A program made the translations under genes and the position numbers. A stretch of 64,000 nt of DNA from Minisyncoccota bacterium (GTDB lineage Bacteria; Patescibacteriota; Minisyncoccia; Phycocordibacterales; Phycocordibacteraceae), in assembly GCA_035627595.1 (NCBI GenBank), contig DASPLK010000005.1:69513-133512 (forward strand), read 5' to 3'. Of the stretch, positions 16,182 through 24,876 are shown piece after piece. The notes beneath the pieces were generated by a model. That model was not told where the DNA came from, made no database searches, and saw only the letters and a list, made by a program, of their open reading frames with translations. Position 1 is the first letter of the stretch; every line of letters begins with the position of its first letter.

Positions 16182-18122
16182 ATGTCAGCATTTATCCATT
16201 CTTTCCTAAAGCGCTCAGCAGTTGCAGTGCTTGTGGTCGCATTCGCCTTCACTGGCGTAGCGCCGCATGCTCAGGCACAGACCGCTAACGCAACGACGAT
16301 CGCGGCCCTACAGGCACAGATCGCAGCCCTTATGGCGCAGATCGCTGCCCTTCAGGGTGGTGCGGCCGTATCGGTGCAGTTCACACGCGACCTCACCATC
16401 GGCGCGACAGGTGCTGATGTTACGGCGCTCCAGCAGTGGTTGATCGCGCGCGGCCACACGATTCCGGCTGGCGCAACGGGCTACTTCGGCGCACAGACCC
16501 AGTCTGCGCTTGCCGCATACCAGCGCGCTAACGGCATTACCCCGGCAGCCGGCTACTTCGGTCCGATCACTCGTGCAAAGGTGAACGCGTCCGTAGTAAT
16601 CGTCACCCCACCGACCACACCGGACGATGATGACGATAACGATGGCGAGCTCGAGGGAGGTGCAGGCTCCATCGACAGCTTCGAACTTCTCTCTGGCTTG
16701 AGCGGCGAGGAGGTCGGCGAAGACGAGGAGGACGTTGAAGTCGCAGGTCTTGAAATCGAAGTCGATGACGGCTCTGATGTTGAGCTAACTGCTGTTCGCC
16801 TCACCTTCAATGAGGGTACAGCAGATCAGGACTTCGAGGACTACGCATCTGAGGTCTCCATCTGGTTTGATGGAGAAGAGGTCGCTCGTGTCGACGCAGA
16901 TGAGTTCGACGAGGACAACGACTGGTCTTCCAACATCTCACTTGATGGCGGTGCAATCATCCGCGCAGGTGAGACGGGCGAACTAACGGTCGCTGTATCT
17001 GGCCTTTCGAACCTCGATTCAAATGACGAGGGCGAGACCTGGACGGTAGACTTCGAGCAGGTTCGCTTCCGCGACGCTGATGGCGCGGTAATCTCGGAGA
17101 ACCCGAGCACCGACACCCGCACGTTCTCCTTCGAGGAGTTCGCAGCAGCGGCAGGCATTGGCATCGACATTAGCGAGGGCGATGAGGAAATCAACGACTC
17201 TCAGGTTATCACCGTCGACGACGAGGATGACACCGAGAACGTAGATGTACTCTCCTTCCTAATGGAGATAGAGGGTGATTCAGATATCACGCTTGATTCC
17301 CTTCCAGTCGAGTTCACCGTTGACGGTACTGCAGGCGACCTTGAGGACGCAGTATCTGAGGTGATGCTTTCGGTGGACGGCGATGAGATCGCATCTGAGA
17401 ACACCACCAACGGCGAGAATACGGTTGTCTTTGATGACCTTGACCTCACCCTTGATGCAGGCGAAGAGTACGAGTTTGTAGTCTCCGTAACCATCAATGA
17501 CCTCTCCGGTACGCTCGCTGAGGGCGACACCATTGAGGCAACCATTGGCGAAACCGAGACCGATTCTGCATCCTTCGATGCTGAGGACGAGGCTGGTGAC
17601 GATGTCAGCGACAGCGACATCACCGGTACTGCAACGGGTGGTCCGCACTCGCTCTCCGGCACTGGTATCGAGATAGAGTTCGTCTCTGCTTCTGAAGATG
17701 TCAGCTTCTCCGCTGATGACACGGGCGAGGGCGACCAGGGTGCATTCACCATCACGTTTGACGTGACTGCAGGTGACGATGACATCCGCATCGACCGCTC
17801 GTGTGAGGAGGACAACGACGTGAATGCTGCTGGTCAGGGTGTCGAGTACACCATCACCAACAGCGGCAGCAACGCGACCGTCTGTAACCTCTCAGCAAGC
17901 TCGAATGACAACGAGGACACTGCAAATACCTTCGAGGTAGACAGCGGTGACACCCGTCGCTTCAGCTTGAACGTTGTGGCAACAGCAACTGCTGACCACT
18001 TCGCACAGGTTGAGCTCACCTCAATCAACTGGGGTACGGCAACCGACAACAGCAATGCTAACTACTACACCTTCGACCTGGACGAGTTCCAGACGGGTAA
18101 CGTCTTCCTCAACTTCATCTAG
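16182..18122 (+). CDS. secreted protein with PG_binding_1 domain and long acidic repeat region
   Basis: 646 aa; signal peptide; TIAALQAQIAALMAQIAALQ motif; peptidoglycan-binding repeats (GATGADVTALQQWLIARGH, GYFGAQTQSALAAYQ); D/E/T-rich repeated modules of about 100 aa. Confidence 0.7.
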   Translation: MSAFIHSFLKRSAVAVLVVAFAFTGVAPHAQAQTANATTIAALQAQIAALMAQIAALQGGAAVSVQFTRDLTIGATGADVTALQQWLIARGHTIPAGATGYFGAQTQSALAAYQRANGITPAAGYFGPITRAKVNASVVIVTPPTTPDDDDDNDGELEGGAGSIDSFELLSGLSGEEVGEDEEDVEVAGLEIEVDDGSDVELTAVRLTFNEGTADQDFEDYASEVSIWFDGEEVARVDADEFDEDNDWSSNISLDGGAIIRAGETGELTVAVSGLSNLDSNDEGETWTVDFEQVRFRDADGAVISENPSTDTRTFSFEEFAAAAGIGIDISEGDEEINDSQVITVDDEDDTENVDVLSFLMEIEGDSDITLDSLPVEFTVDGTAGDLEDAVSEVMLSVDGDEIASENTTNGENTVVFDDLDLTLDAGEEYEFVVSVTINDLSGTLAEGDTIEATIGETETDSASFDAEDEAGDDVSDSDITGTATGGPHSLSGTGIEIEFVSASEDVSFSADDTGEGDQGAFTITFDVTAGDDDIRIDRSCEEDNDVNAAGQGVEYTITNSGSNATVCNLSASSNDNEDTANTFEVDSGDTRRFSLNVVATATADHFAQVELTSINWGTATDNSNANYYTFDLDEFQTGNVFLNFI

Positions 18123-18151
18123 GAGCTTGAGAGACGCAGTAGCGTGGTATG

Positions 18152-18186
18152 AAACAGGCCGCCTTCGGGCGGCCTGTTTCTTTATA
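18152..18186 (+). terminator. rho-independent terminator
   Basis: aaacaggccgcc ttcg ggcggcctgttt followed by ctttat. Confidence 0.7.
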
Positions 18187-18187
18187 C

Positions 18188-18445
18188 CTACGGCTTACGC
18201 CTGCGCTCCCGCTGATACATGTTTATGGCCGCAGCAAGTGCGCCTGCGACCGCGACCAAAGGCGGCACCCAGCCTGTCTTGAGTTCCCCATAGATGCTCT
18301 CAAGCGTCCTCGTCTTAAATACGAACACCAGAAGGAAGATCGACAGCAGTGGCACTCCGAGAAAGAGCCATGCGAGCACGGCAGCGAAACCGGGTCCCGA
18401 GAGGACCTCTCGTCCATTCCGCTTTGTCGCATACCACTTCTTCAT
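18188..18445 (-). CDS. small hypothetical membrane protein
   Basis: 85 aa; two predicted TM helices; weak support. Confidence 0.3.
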   Translation of the reverse strand: MKKWYATKRNGREVLSGPGFAAVLAWLFLGVPLLSIFLLVFVFKTRTLESIYGELKTGWVPPLVAVAGALAAAINMYQRERRRKP

Positions 18446-18530
18446 ACGGAAAGTATGGCACGCAAAACCCTGTCCTCGGACATCACGGCACGTGGATAGG
18501 ACCCGAACTGCACTGCTTACAGACTCCCCT

Positions 18531-19103
18531 CTAGCGAAGACCTGCCGAGTACAAGATAGGCAATATGATCAGTGGCGCGAGCATCGAAAGCCCGATAAGG
18601 ATTGCAGGGAAAATCATTGGCCATACGGTCCACTTGAGAGACCGCTTTGCCTGTGACATGTAGATGCAGAAGAGCGTGAACAGGAAGTAGAGCGCTCCAA
18701 ATCCCATGATGGTATACGCACCTGCGTACGCAGAGGGGCCAGGGGCACCTGCCATACCGCCGGCAAAGATTATGGCGAACGTAACCGGGAGGGATAGGAT
18801 AACCGCGAGGATATTCCAACCGATCAGTGACTTCCGCGTCCGCTGTACAGGAGCTACAACCTCACCAGCCGCAGCACTCTCTTGTGCCAGCTTCCGCTTT
18901 TTAGCTTTTCCGGTGAAGAAAATGATGAGGCCAAGTATGAACAGCGGAATAGAGACATAGGAGAGCATCTCAAGGCCCGTACTAATAGCCTGCCCTAGAT
19001 AGAAGCCGAAGAATGAACTCAAGATTCCAGGGATAAAGTGGAGGCCGGCACCAATGATAATCATCCACTTCCCTATAGACAGGTTCTTATCAGTGTTGTT
19101 CAT
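18531..19103 (-). CDS. hypothetical integral membrane protein
   Basis: 190 aa; five to six hydrophobic helices. Confidence 0.5.
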   Translation of the reverse strand: MNNTDKNLSIGKWMIIIGAGLHFIPGILSSFFGFYLGQAISTGLEMLSYVSIPLFILGLIIFFTGKAKKRKLAQESAAAGEVVAPVQRTRKSLIGWNILAVILSLPVTFAIIFAGGMAGAPGPSAYAGAYTIMGFGALYFLFTLFCIYMSQAKRSLKWTVWPMIFPAILIGLSMLAPLIILPILYSAGLR

Positions 19104-19152
19104 GAGCTAAGTGTATCAACACAAAAGACCCCTTTCGGGGCCTCTTGTATCA

Positions 19153-19229
19153 TGGCGCAGCGGACGGGACTTGAACCCGCAACCTCCCGCGTGACAGGCG
19201 GGTGCTCTAACCAGTTGAGCTACCGCTGC
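19153..19229 (-). tRNA. tRNA-Asp (anticodon GUC), CCA encoded
   Basis: GCAGCGGUAGCUCAACUGGUUAGAGCA; anticodon stem CCCGC/GCGGG with loop CUGUCAC; T-arm GCGGGUUCAAGUCCCGU; 3' GCGCCA. Confidence 0.85.
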
Positions 19230-19282
19230 AGGTTGCTCGAACCTCTGGAATATAGCGTTTCCAGGGGCTTTGTACAAGCGTG

Positions 19283-19356
19283 TGCTGGTGGGAGGACTTG
19301 CACCTCCGACCTTAGGTTTATGAGTCCTATGCTCTAACTACCTGAGCTACACCAGC
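19283..19356 (-). tRNA. tRNA-Met elongator type (anticodon CAU; could be a lysidine-modified tRNA-Ile)
   Basis: GCUGGUGUAGCUCAGGUAGUUAGAGCA; anticodon loop CUCAUAA; G1:C72 pair; T-arm GGAGGUGCAAGUCCUCC. Confidence 0.75.
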
Positions 19357-19371
19357 AGTATGGACACCATA

Positions 19372-20067
19372 CTATGCCTGGCCGTTCCCTTCAATATCGC
19401 GGAGCCGTGCCTCGGTACGTGCGATGTCCTCCGGGCGCCCTACGGGAAGCCATAATTCTTGCACGACTACATGGACCGGTGCTTCCTGAGACAGGTGCTG
19501 GAGAGCATCGGGGAGATAGTATTCGCCTGACGAAGAGACAGGCACGTCATAGCCAAAGATGCGCTCATCAAGGACCATAGCGCCCGTAGAGACTAGATTC
19601 GTAGGAGGAGCAGTTGGTTTCTCTACGATCTCCTCCAAGGAACCATTCTCTCCTACTCTTACCACCCCGAAATGCTGCGGCTCAGCATGCGGCGAGACAA
19701 TGAGGGAGAGTGGATACTTAAGCGCTTCTTCAAGCGCTTCTCGACCATGTATATCGTCAGCATTCATAAGAAGGAATCTCCCCGAGAGGTGCGGACGTGC
19801 AAGCGAAAGCGCTTTAAGGGTGCCCTCTGGCCTTTCCTGATAGACGTAAGAGATTGGGCGGCCACTATACGCATTGCCAAACGCGCTTTCGATCATCTCG
19901 CGCTTATACCCGACCACGAGTATGACCTCAGATACCTCTCCTGGGAGCGCATCGAGGATGTACCTGAGAATAGACTTCCCACTCACCTCAATAAGAGGCT
20001 TCGGACGTTCGAGCGTCAGCGGGAGCATGCGCCTCCCCTCTCCTGCTGCAAGTATGACCGCTATCAT
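19372..20067 (-). CDS. sugar-phosphate nucleotidyltransferase (NTP_transferase family)
   Basis: MIAVILAAGEGRRMLPLT...KPLIEV N-terminal motif typical of glucose-1-phosphate nucleotidyltransferases; likely start at 20067, upstream ORF extension rejected. Confidence 0.75.
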   Translation of the reverse strand: MIAVILAAGEGRRMLPLTLERPKPLIEVSGKSILRYILDALPGEVSEVILVVGYKREMIESAFGNAYSGRPISYVYQERPEGTLKALSLARPHLSGRFLLMNADDIHGREALEEALKYPLSLIVSPHAEPQHFGVVRVGENGSLEEIVEKPTAPPTNLVSTGAMVLDERIFGYDVPVSSSGEYYLPDALQHLSQEAPVHVVVQELWLPVGRPEDIARTEARLRDIEGNGQA

Positions 20068-20129
20068 GGCTCTAGTATCCACTACAACCGTCAAAACTCC
20101 GCATAGGTTCCTCATGCTACAGTACGCGT

Positions 20130-20831
20130 ATGAACGAAGATCATCTGGAGCACGAGGCCTTAAACAAGGCACTCGAGGACGACGCAATGCGCGCAGAGTA
20201 TGCCGCGCCTTATAACGATTACAAAGTGGGATTTGTCGCCCGCATGCTCGGCAAGCTTCTCATCGGTTCCGGTGACCTCGTGTATGGGACACATCCCTCC
20301 TATGCTAAATTCAAGGCGATCGAAGTGATCGCTCGTATTCCATACCAGTCATGGGAGGTTGCCAGCTACACGCTCCTCACAGCCCTTTATAGCGATGAGA
20401 AGCGTGCTATCGAACTGGCGAAGACCGGTGCGTTCGCGCGTATGGCTCAGGACAACGAGACTCTCCACGTCGTCGTTATCTCCCAGATCGTCTGTCGGCG
20501 CGGCGAACAGGGCTTCTTCCGCCACATCCTCATCCCGATCGTCTTCTCCCTCTTTTACTTCTGGACCCTTTTCGTGCTCTACATGGTGAACCGCAAGGCA
20601 TCACTCGAGCTTAACTACCTCTTTGAGGCGCATGCATACGAGCAGTATGGCGAGTTCCTCGAGCGCGAGGGTGACCGCTTAAAGCACACGCTGGTAACCT
20701 CAGAGTTCCTTGAATTCTACGGCAGGAATGTTCGCACTGAGTACGAGCTCTTCCGCTCTATTCGTAACGACGAGCTGATTCACCGCAACCGTTCGATTCG
20801 CGAGATTAAGGACTACACCAAGACTACGTAA
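20130..20831 (+). CDS. alternative-oxidase-like di-iron carboxylate protein (AOX/PTOX family-like)
   Basis: 233 aa; four-helix di-iron motifs in AOX order: IEVIARIP (LET-like), NETLHVV (NERMHL-like), EAHAYEQY (LEEEA.H-like), RNDELIHRN (RADE.HH-like); hydrophobic segment in between. Confidence 0.5.
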   Translation: MNEDHLEHEALNKALEDDAMRAEYAAPYNDYKVGFVARMLGKLLIGSGDLVYGTHPSYAKFKAIEVIARIPYQSWEVASYTLLTALYSDEKRAIELAKTGAFARMAQDNETLHVVVISQIVCRRGEQGFFRHILIPIVFSLFYFWTLFVLYMVNRKASLELNYLFEAHAYEQYGEFLEREGDRLKHTLVTSEFLEFYGRNVRTEYELFRSIRNDELIHRNRSIREIKDYTKTT

Positions 20832-21205
20832 CAGAACAGTGCGCCCATGACGCCAGCAAGCGTCGAAAAGAACAAAATGGACTGCGCCTTGGTGCGGTCC
20901 TTTTGTTGTATCTCCTCATCTTCCTTGGTGTGCTTTACCCCCTTCCCCTCGTCATAGAGACCGTGCAAACCATAGGTGACGGAGAAGCGAGATGTCCCCT
21001 CAAGCACGAGCCGTACGCCCATAAATAGCGGTATACCTACTACAAGCATGAACGCCTGCGGGAGATTAAGCACGAACACGGCGACCACGAACACGAGGGC
21101 CGCAAGAAGCGCGCGCTTACCAAGCTTCAAGCGCTCCTTCGCGACTTCCGCTTTCATATTGTGTGCGCCCGAGACGTACGTATCCATACAGTAATTGTAT
21201 AGCAC
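20813..21205 (-). CDS. hypothetical membrane protein
   Basis: 130 aa; three predicted TM helices. Confidence 0.4.
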   Translation of the reverse strand: MLYNYCMDTYVSGAHNMKAEVAKERLKLGKRALLAALVFVVAVFVLNLPQAFMLVVGIPLFMGVRLVLEGTSRFSVTYGLHGLYDEGKGVKHTKEDEEIQQKDRTKAQSILFFSTLAGVMGALFCYVVLV

Positions 21206-21249
21206 AACGCCGCCTACGAGAGACGGCGTAAGTGCGTAAAGGTGGACTT

Positions 21250-22155
21250 CTAGAGGCCGATGGTCCAGGTGGTACCTGCGATTGGGAACGCGCCCTTGCC
21301 GCCCGTGACACCCGTCACCTGATACTGCAAGGTCTTTCCAAGCTGAGCAGACGCTGTTGGTGCAAGTACGGCCTTGATGGTGAACAGTTTCATCTGGCCA
21401 GGAGCGAACACCGAGGTGGTCGGTACAGTCGTCGAGTTTCCGGTCACCGCGACTTGCCCCTGTGATCCGTCTTTATCATCCTTAATGGTGAGCGATGAGA
21501 CGGCGCTTGCAGGCGCGGTACCCTTTTGGGTAAGCGTAACGCCCGTAAGGGTCTGAGATTCCTTGCTTGTGTTGACCACCTTTATGTATGAGATCGCGAC
21601 CGATTGATTAGCACGTGCCGTGCCGCCCATGAGAAGCGGGACCAGAGAAACGGAGAAGGAGCCACTTTCTGCACTTGCAGCGCTTGTGCTTCCTGACCTC
21701 TTGCCGGCCGTAAATGTCTTTGTCGCAAGTACGTCTTCGCTCTTTGAAGTCCCGTATACATTCACGACATATGTGCCGTCAGGAAGATTCTTTGAGACCC
21801 TGGTCTTCCAAGCATCATTGGAGACGCGAACGCTCTTCTTGTACGCCGGCTTATCAGCACCCTCTTTGGTGACAGTGACGTATATCTTCTTAAAATCATC
21901 TGCCGTGCCGGAGATGGTTGGCTTCTTGGAGGTCGTGATCTTCGCTATTTCAACTTCGCTGTCGGCAGTGACGGTTGCATTTGCGACAGAACGCTTAGCA
22001 GCATCAAGCTGTGCCTGGAGAGCAACAAGCTGTGCCTGGAGCGCAGCGATTGTTCCAGCGTTTGCCGCCTGCGCGTGTGCTGAAGGCGCGTAGCCTGTAA
22101 ATGCGATGGCACAGAGAAGCGCGATCGCGATGATGTTGTTCTTACGTAGAGTCAT
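21250..22155 (-). CDS. secreted protein, paralogue family with N-terminal IAALQAQLVALQ motif
   Basis: 301 aa; signal peptide; GTIAALQAQLVALQAQL motif shared with 16182 and 45732; Thr/Ser/Val-rich beta-rich remainder. Confidence 0.65.
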   Translation of the reverse strand: MTLRKNNIIAIALLCAIAFTGYAPSAHAQAANAGTIAALQAQLVALQAQLDAAKRSVANATVTADSEVEIAKITTSKKPTISGTADDFKKIYVTVTKEGADKPAYKKSVRVSNDAWKTRVSKNLPDGTYVVNVYGTSKSEDVLATKTFTAGKRSGSTSAASAESGSFSVSLVPLLMGGTARANQSVAISYIKVVNTSKESQTLTGVTLTQKGTAPASAVSSLTIKDDKDGSQGQVAVTGNSTTVPTTSVFAPGQMKLFTIKAVLAPTASAQLGKTLQYQVTGVTGGKGAFPIAGTTWTIGL

Positions 22156-22372
22156 AAATTTGTGAGATGGGTTAATGCACTAGCAGGAGACGCGGGGTGA
22201 CGATCGTGGGTGGTCATGTGAGCAGTGTGCTCGCGTCGTACAAAAAGTATACGCGTCTTCATGGAGGGGTACAAAAAATCCTTCATGAAGCATGATGCGT
22301 AGCAAAGCAGCGCATCTATAGTAGACGCGCTGCCTGTGTTCTATCTTACTTACCGGTTGCTGCACCAGGTGC

Positions 22373-23242
22373 TTAGTCGACAACCTCTACTTCCTCTACG
22401 TGTATGGTGCCGATGCTCTTCCAAGTTGCGTGCTCGCCTTTAACAAGAGTTCCTGTTATCTCGACCGTTACATCCCCCTCGAGAGTAGTGATCTCATTGT
22501 CGTCGTCTCTCAGTGCGTAGTATGTATCCTTGTCTTCAGTCTTGAGCCCAAATGCGCACATCATGATGACTGGCTTTGAGGTATCCTTGGGCGGCAGACA
22601 GCCGATGGTGCCACGTACGGTGATTGATTCACCAACTACTTTTGGCTCAACTTCTACGTAGTAGTCAGTACTGCCATAAAGCGTGTAGTCAGCGTCTGAC
22701 TCGGTGGTGGTGGTTGCGTATACATGTGCGGTCGCCCCGATCATACTCTCGAGATCACCTATCGACTCGACGCCCTTCAAGCTTCCAACCGGAGGCGGGT
22801 CAATGCGAAGGCCTGCGAGGAGAATAACCTCCTTTCCATCGACCGTTACGCTGCAGATGCCATCTGCAAAGCAGCCGGTATCGACCGCTTCGATCTCTCC
22901 AGAGAAGATTGGTGCATGTATCGATACGGTTGAAACTGCCGCGCGAGTCTTTGAGCCGAAGTATCCCTGAGCCGGAGTTATTTGTCGCGCCGACTGGAAC
23001 TCCGCGAGCGCTGAACGTGTCAATGGACCGAAGTATCCGGTCGCTCCTGCTGCCTTAAGGGAGATTGCTGCTTTGCCGGTACCCATTTCAATAAGAAAAT
23101 GCTGGAGCCATGTCACATCAGCGCCCCGAGCTCCGACATATAGATCGCGGGCTGGAGCTGCATCCTCAGCAGCAAAGGCAGGAACGAAAAGGGCGAACAT
23201 AAGGCCCACAAGTACAGGAAGGATAACGGAGGTTCGTTTCAT
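22373..23242 (-). CDS. secreted PG_binding_1-domain protein
   Basis: 289 aa; signal peptide; peptidoglycan-binding repeats GARGADVTWLQHFL...GYFGPLTRSALAEFQ...GYFGSKTRAAV. Confidence 0.7.
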   Translation of the reverse strand: MKRTSVILPVLVGLMFALFVPAFAAEDAAPARDLYVGARGADVTWLQHFLIEMGTGKAAISLKAAGATGYFGPLTRSALAEFQSARQITPAQGYFGSKTRAAVSTVSIHAPIFSGEIEAVDTGCFADGICSVTVDGKEVILLAGLRIDPPPVGSLKGVESIGDLESMIGATAHVYATTTTESDADYTLYGSTDYYVEVEPKVVGESITVRGTIGCLPPKDTSKPVIMMCAFGLKTEDKDTYYALRDDDNEITTLEGDVTVEITGTLVKGEHATWKSIGTIHVEEVEVVD

Positions 23243-23299
23243 GAATATCGTGTTAGGTATGTACTTATGACGGTTGCGGGTACCCTTATCTTACATAAG

Positions 23300-23326
23300 C
23301 AAACAGCCGCCCGAGGGCGGCTGTAG
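23300..23326 (-). terminator. stem-loop terminator after the ion-channel gene
   Basis: cagccgccc gag ggcggctg. Confidence 0.5.
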
Positions 23327-23329
23327 ACG

Positions 23330-24049
23330 CTAGGATGTATGCTTACGCTCCTCCTCTTCTCGTTCGGCCTTTAGTTCATCACGAACCTCAAGCACTGTAG
23401 AGACGAAGAGCGCGACCACGAGTACGCCGACCACAAGTGCAAGCACGAGGTGGGTGATCATAGCTAGCGGATGGTGTTGGTACATCTCCAGATACCGCGT
23501 CCCCATGTCATCAAAGAAAACGAGGAAGAGCGACGAGAATACCGCAGTATCGAAGCGCGCGAACTCCGCCATGTCGCTCCCGTAGGCGCGATTGGCGATG
23601 AGCGCATTCACCGACACAAGAAAGAGCGCGAGTGCGGCGAGCGGAATGCTGTGCGCGAGTGCGCGCAGCAAAAGCTCGACCGGATGCCGAAAGAACTCGA
23701 AGCGGCCGATGAGCCGCAAGAGCCTCAGCCCCCGGAACGCTTCAAAGCCAGGCAAGAATGCCAGACCCGTTGCGACCACGTCGAACCAGAACCATGCGGA
23801 TCTAAGCTCGTTCTCGCCTTCAATCTTGAAGACAGCGAGCGCACGCCATGAGGCATACACGCCGCGCACCATAACCTCGACGATGAGGATTGTGGCGATC
23901 ACCGTCTCGATGAACATTAGATTTCGGTATACTTCCGAACCATGCGCAACGAACGACTCGGCCGCCAGAACCACGGCATACGCGATGAGCAGGCCGCTGA
24001 CGGCCCACTCGACTAACTGAAAACGTCGGGCCGCCTGTGTGGCGTTCAT
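23330..24049 (-). CDS. voltage-gated-like ion transport protein (Ion_trans family)
   Basis: 239 aa; six hydrophobic segments; S4-like GLRLLRLIGRF arginine repeat. Confidence 0.65.
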   Translation of the reverse strand: MNATQAARRFQLVEWAVSGLLIAYAVVLAAESFVAHGSEVYRNLMFIETVIATILIVEVMVRGVYASWRALAVFKIEGENELRSAWFWFDVVATGLAFLPGFEAFRGLRLLRLIGRFEFFRHPVELLLRALAHSIPLAALALFLVSVNALIANRAYGSDMAEFARFDTAVFSSLFLVFFDDMGTRYLEMYQHHPLAMITHLVLALVVGVLVVALFVSTVLEVRDELKAEREEEERKHTS

Positions 24050-24120
24050 CTGAGCTTCTCCGAATGTGAACTAGTTCCCCGAACGACTATAGCGGAAGTC
24101 TTAATGACCGCAAGGACGAA

Positions 24121-24154
24121 AGAACAAAGACCGCAATACTGCGGTCTTTGTTCT
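24121..24154. terminator. stem-loop terminator downstream of tRNA-Met
   Basis: agaacaaagaccgc aatact gcggtctttgttct, 14-bp stem. Confidence 0.6.
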
Positions 24155-24173
24155 ACTGGAGCACTAAATCGTG

Positions 24174-24244
24174 TTGCGGGGGCCGGAATCGAACCGGCGT
24201 CTGGAGGTTATGAGCCTCCCGAGGTACCTCTCCTCTACCCCGCT
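24174..24244 (-). tRNA. tRNA-Met (anticodon CAU), initiator-like features
   Basis: A1:A72 mismatch; A11:U24 pair; anticodon stem GGAGG/CCUCC with loop CUCAUAA; T-arm GCCGGUUCGAUUCCGGC; short 7-nt D-loop, about 71 nt. Confidence 0.5.
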
Positions 24245-24286
24245 ATTTGCACCATTCTATAGCTTTTTTGCCTAAAAGCAAGCCCG

Positions 24287-24871
24287 CTAATCGATTTGAT
24301 CGAACTCACGGAAGACGTTTTCGTAGTGGCGGATGGTGCGATGCGCGGTGTGCTCGGTAAGCTGGTACTGAGATCCTTGGTGTGCGATGTCGTTTCGTAC
24401 CTTATGAGCTTCCCACGCGCTTTCAAGGGAGCCGAACCTGGCAGGATTCACCTGCTTCAGCTTATCGCCTACCGAATCGCCCACATACCCCTGCTCGGTA
24501 AGAACCTCGTCCAGCATGATGTCCGCCTCGATGATTGCCTGACGCCAGTCGCTCTCATGGCCACTATTAATGAGCTGCTGCACATGCCTCCAACGCGACT
24601 TATCCGTCACGTCATCAAGATGTGCATGGGTAGTCGTTGAATAGAGTGCTGCTTCTGCCGCGCGCACTTGGTAGATGCGGGTTGTGTAGTGCATCAATGC
24701 GCCGATCAGTACGATAGTTAGGAGGTACCCGAGAATGGTGACCACGAGCCAGATATTCGCCGCAAGCATCTGAAGCGACGATAGGTCCGCACCTCCTTGA
24801 AACAGCTCGTAGAGAAGCCTGAAGAAGTACTGGACGTTAAGGAAGTGAATATCGGGTCCGACCGGATCCAT
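24287..24871 (-). CDS. membrane-anchored HEPN-like (Rx4H) domain protein
   Basis: 194 aa; two N-terminal TM helices; C-terminal WEAHKVRNDIAHQG contains an Rx4H HEPN-type motif. Confidence 0.4.
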   Translation of the reverse strand: MDPVGPDIHFLNVQYFFRLLYELFQGGADLSSLQMLAANIWLVVTILGYLLTIVLIGALMHYTTRIYQVRAAEAALYSTTTHAHLDDVTDKSRWRHVQQLINSGHESDWRQAIIEADIMLDEVLTEQGYVGDSVGDKLKQVNPARFGSLESAWEAHKVRNDIAHQGSQYQLTEHTAHRTIRHYENVFREFDQID

Positions 24872-24876
24872 TGCTC

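Noticed and set aside
19230-19282. Possible third tRNA between tRNA-Asp and tRNA-Met
   Set aside because: The 53-nt spacer (ggttgctcgaacctctggaatatagcgtttccaggggctttgtacaagcgtg) is too short and has no T-arm or acceptor pairing.
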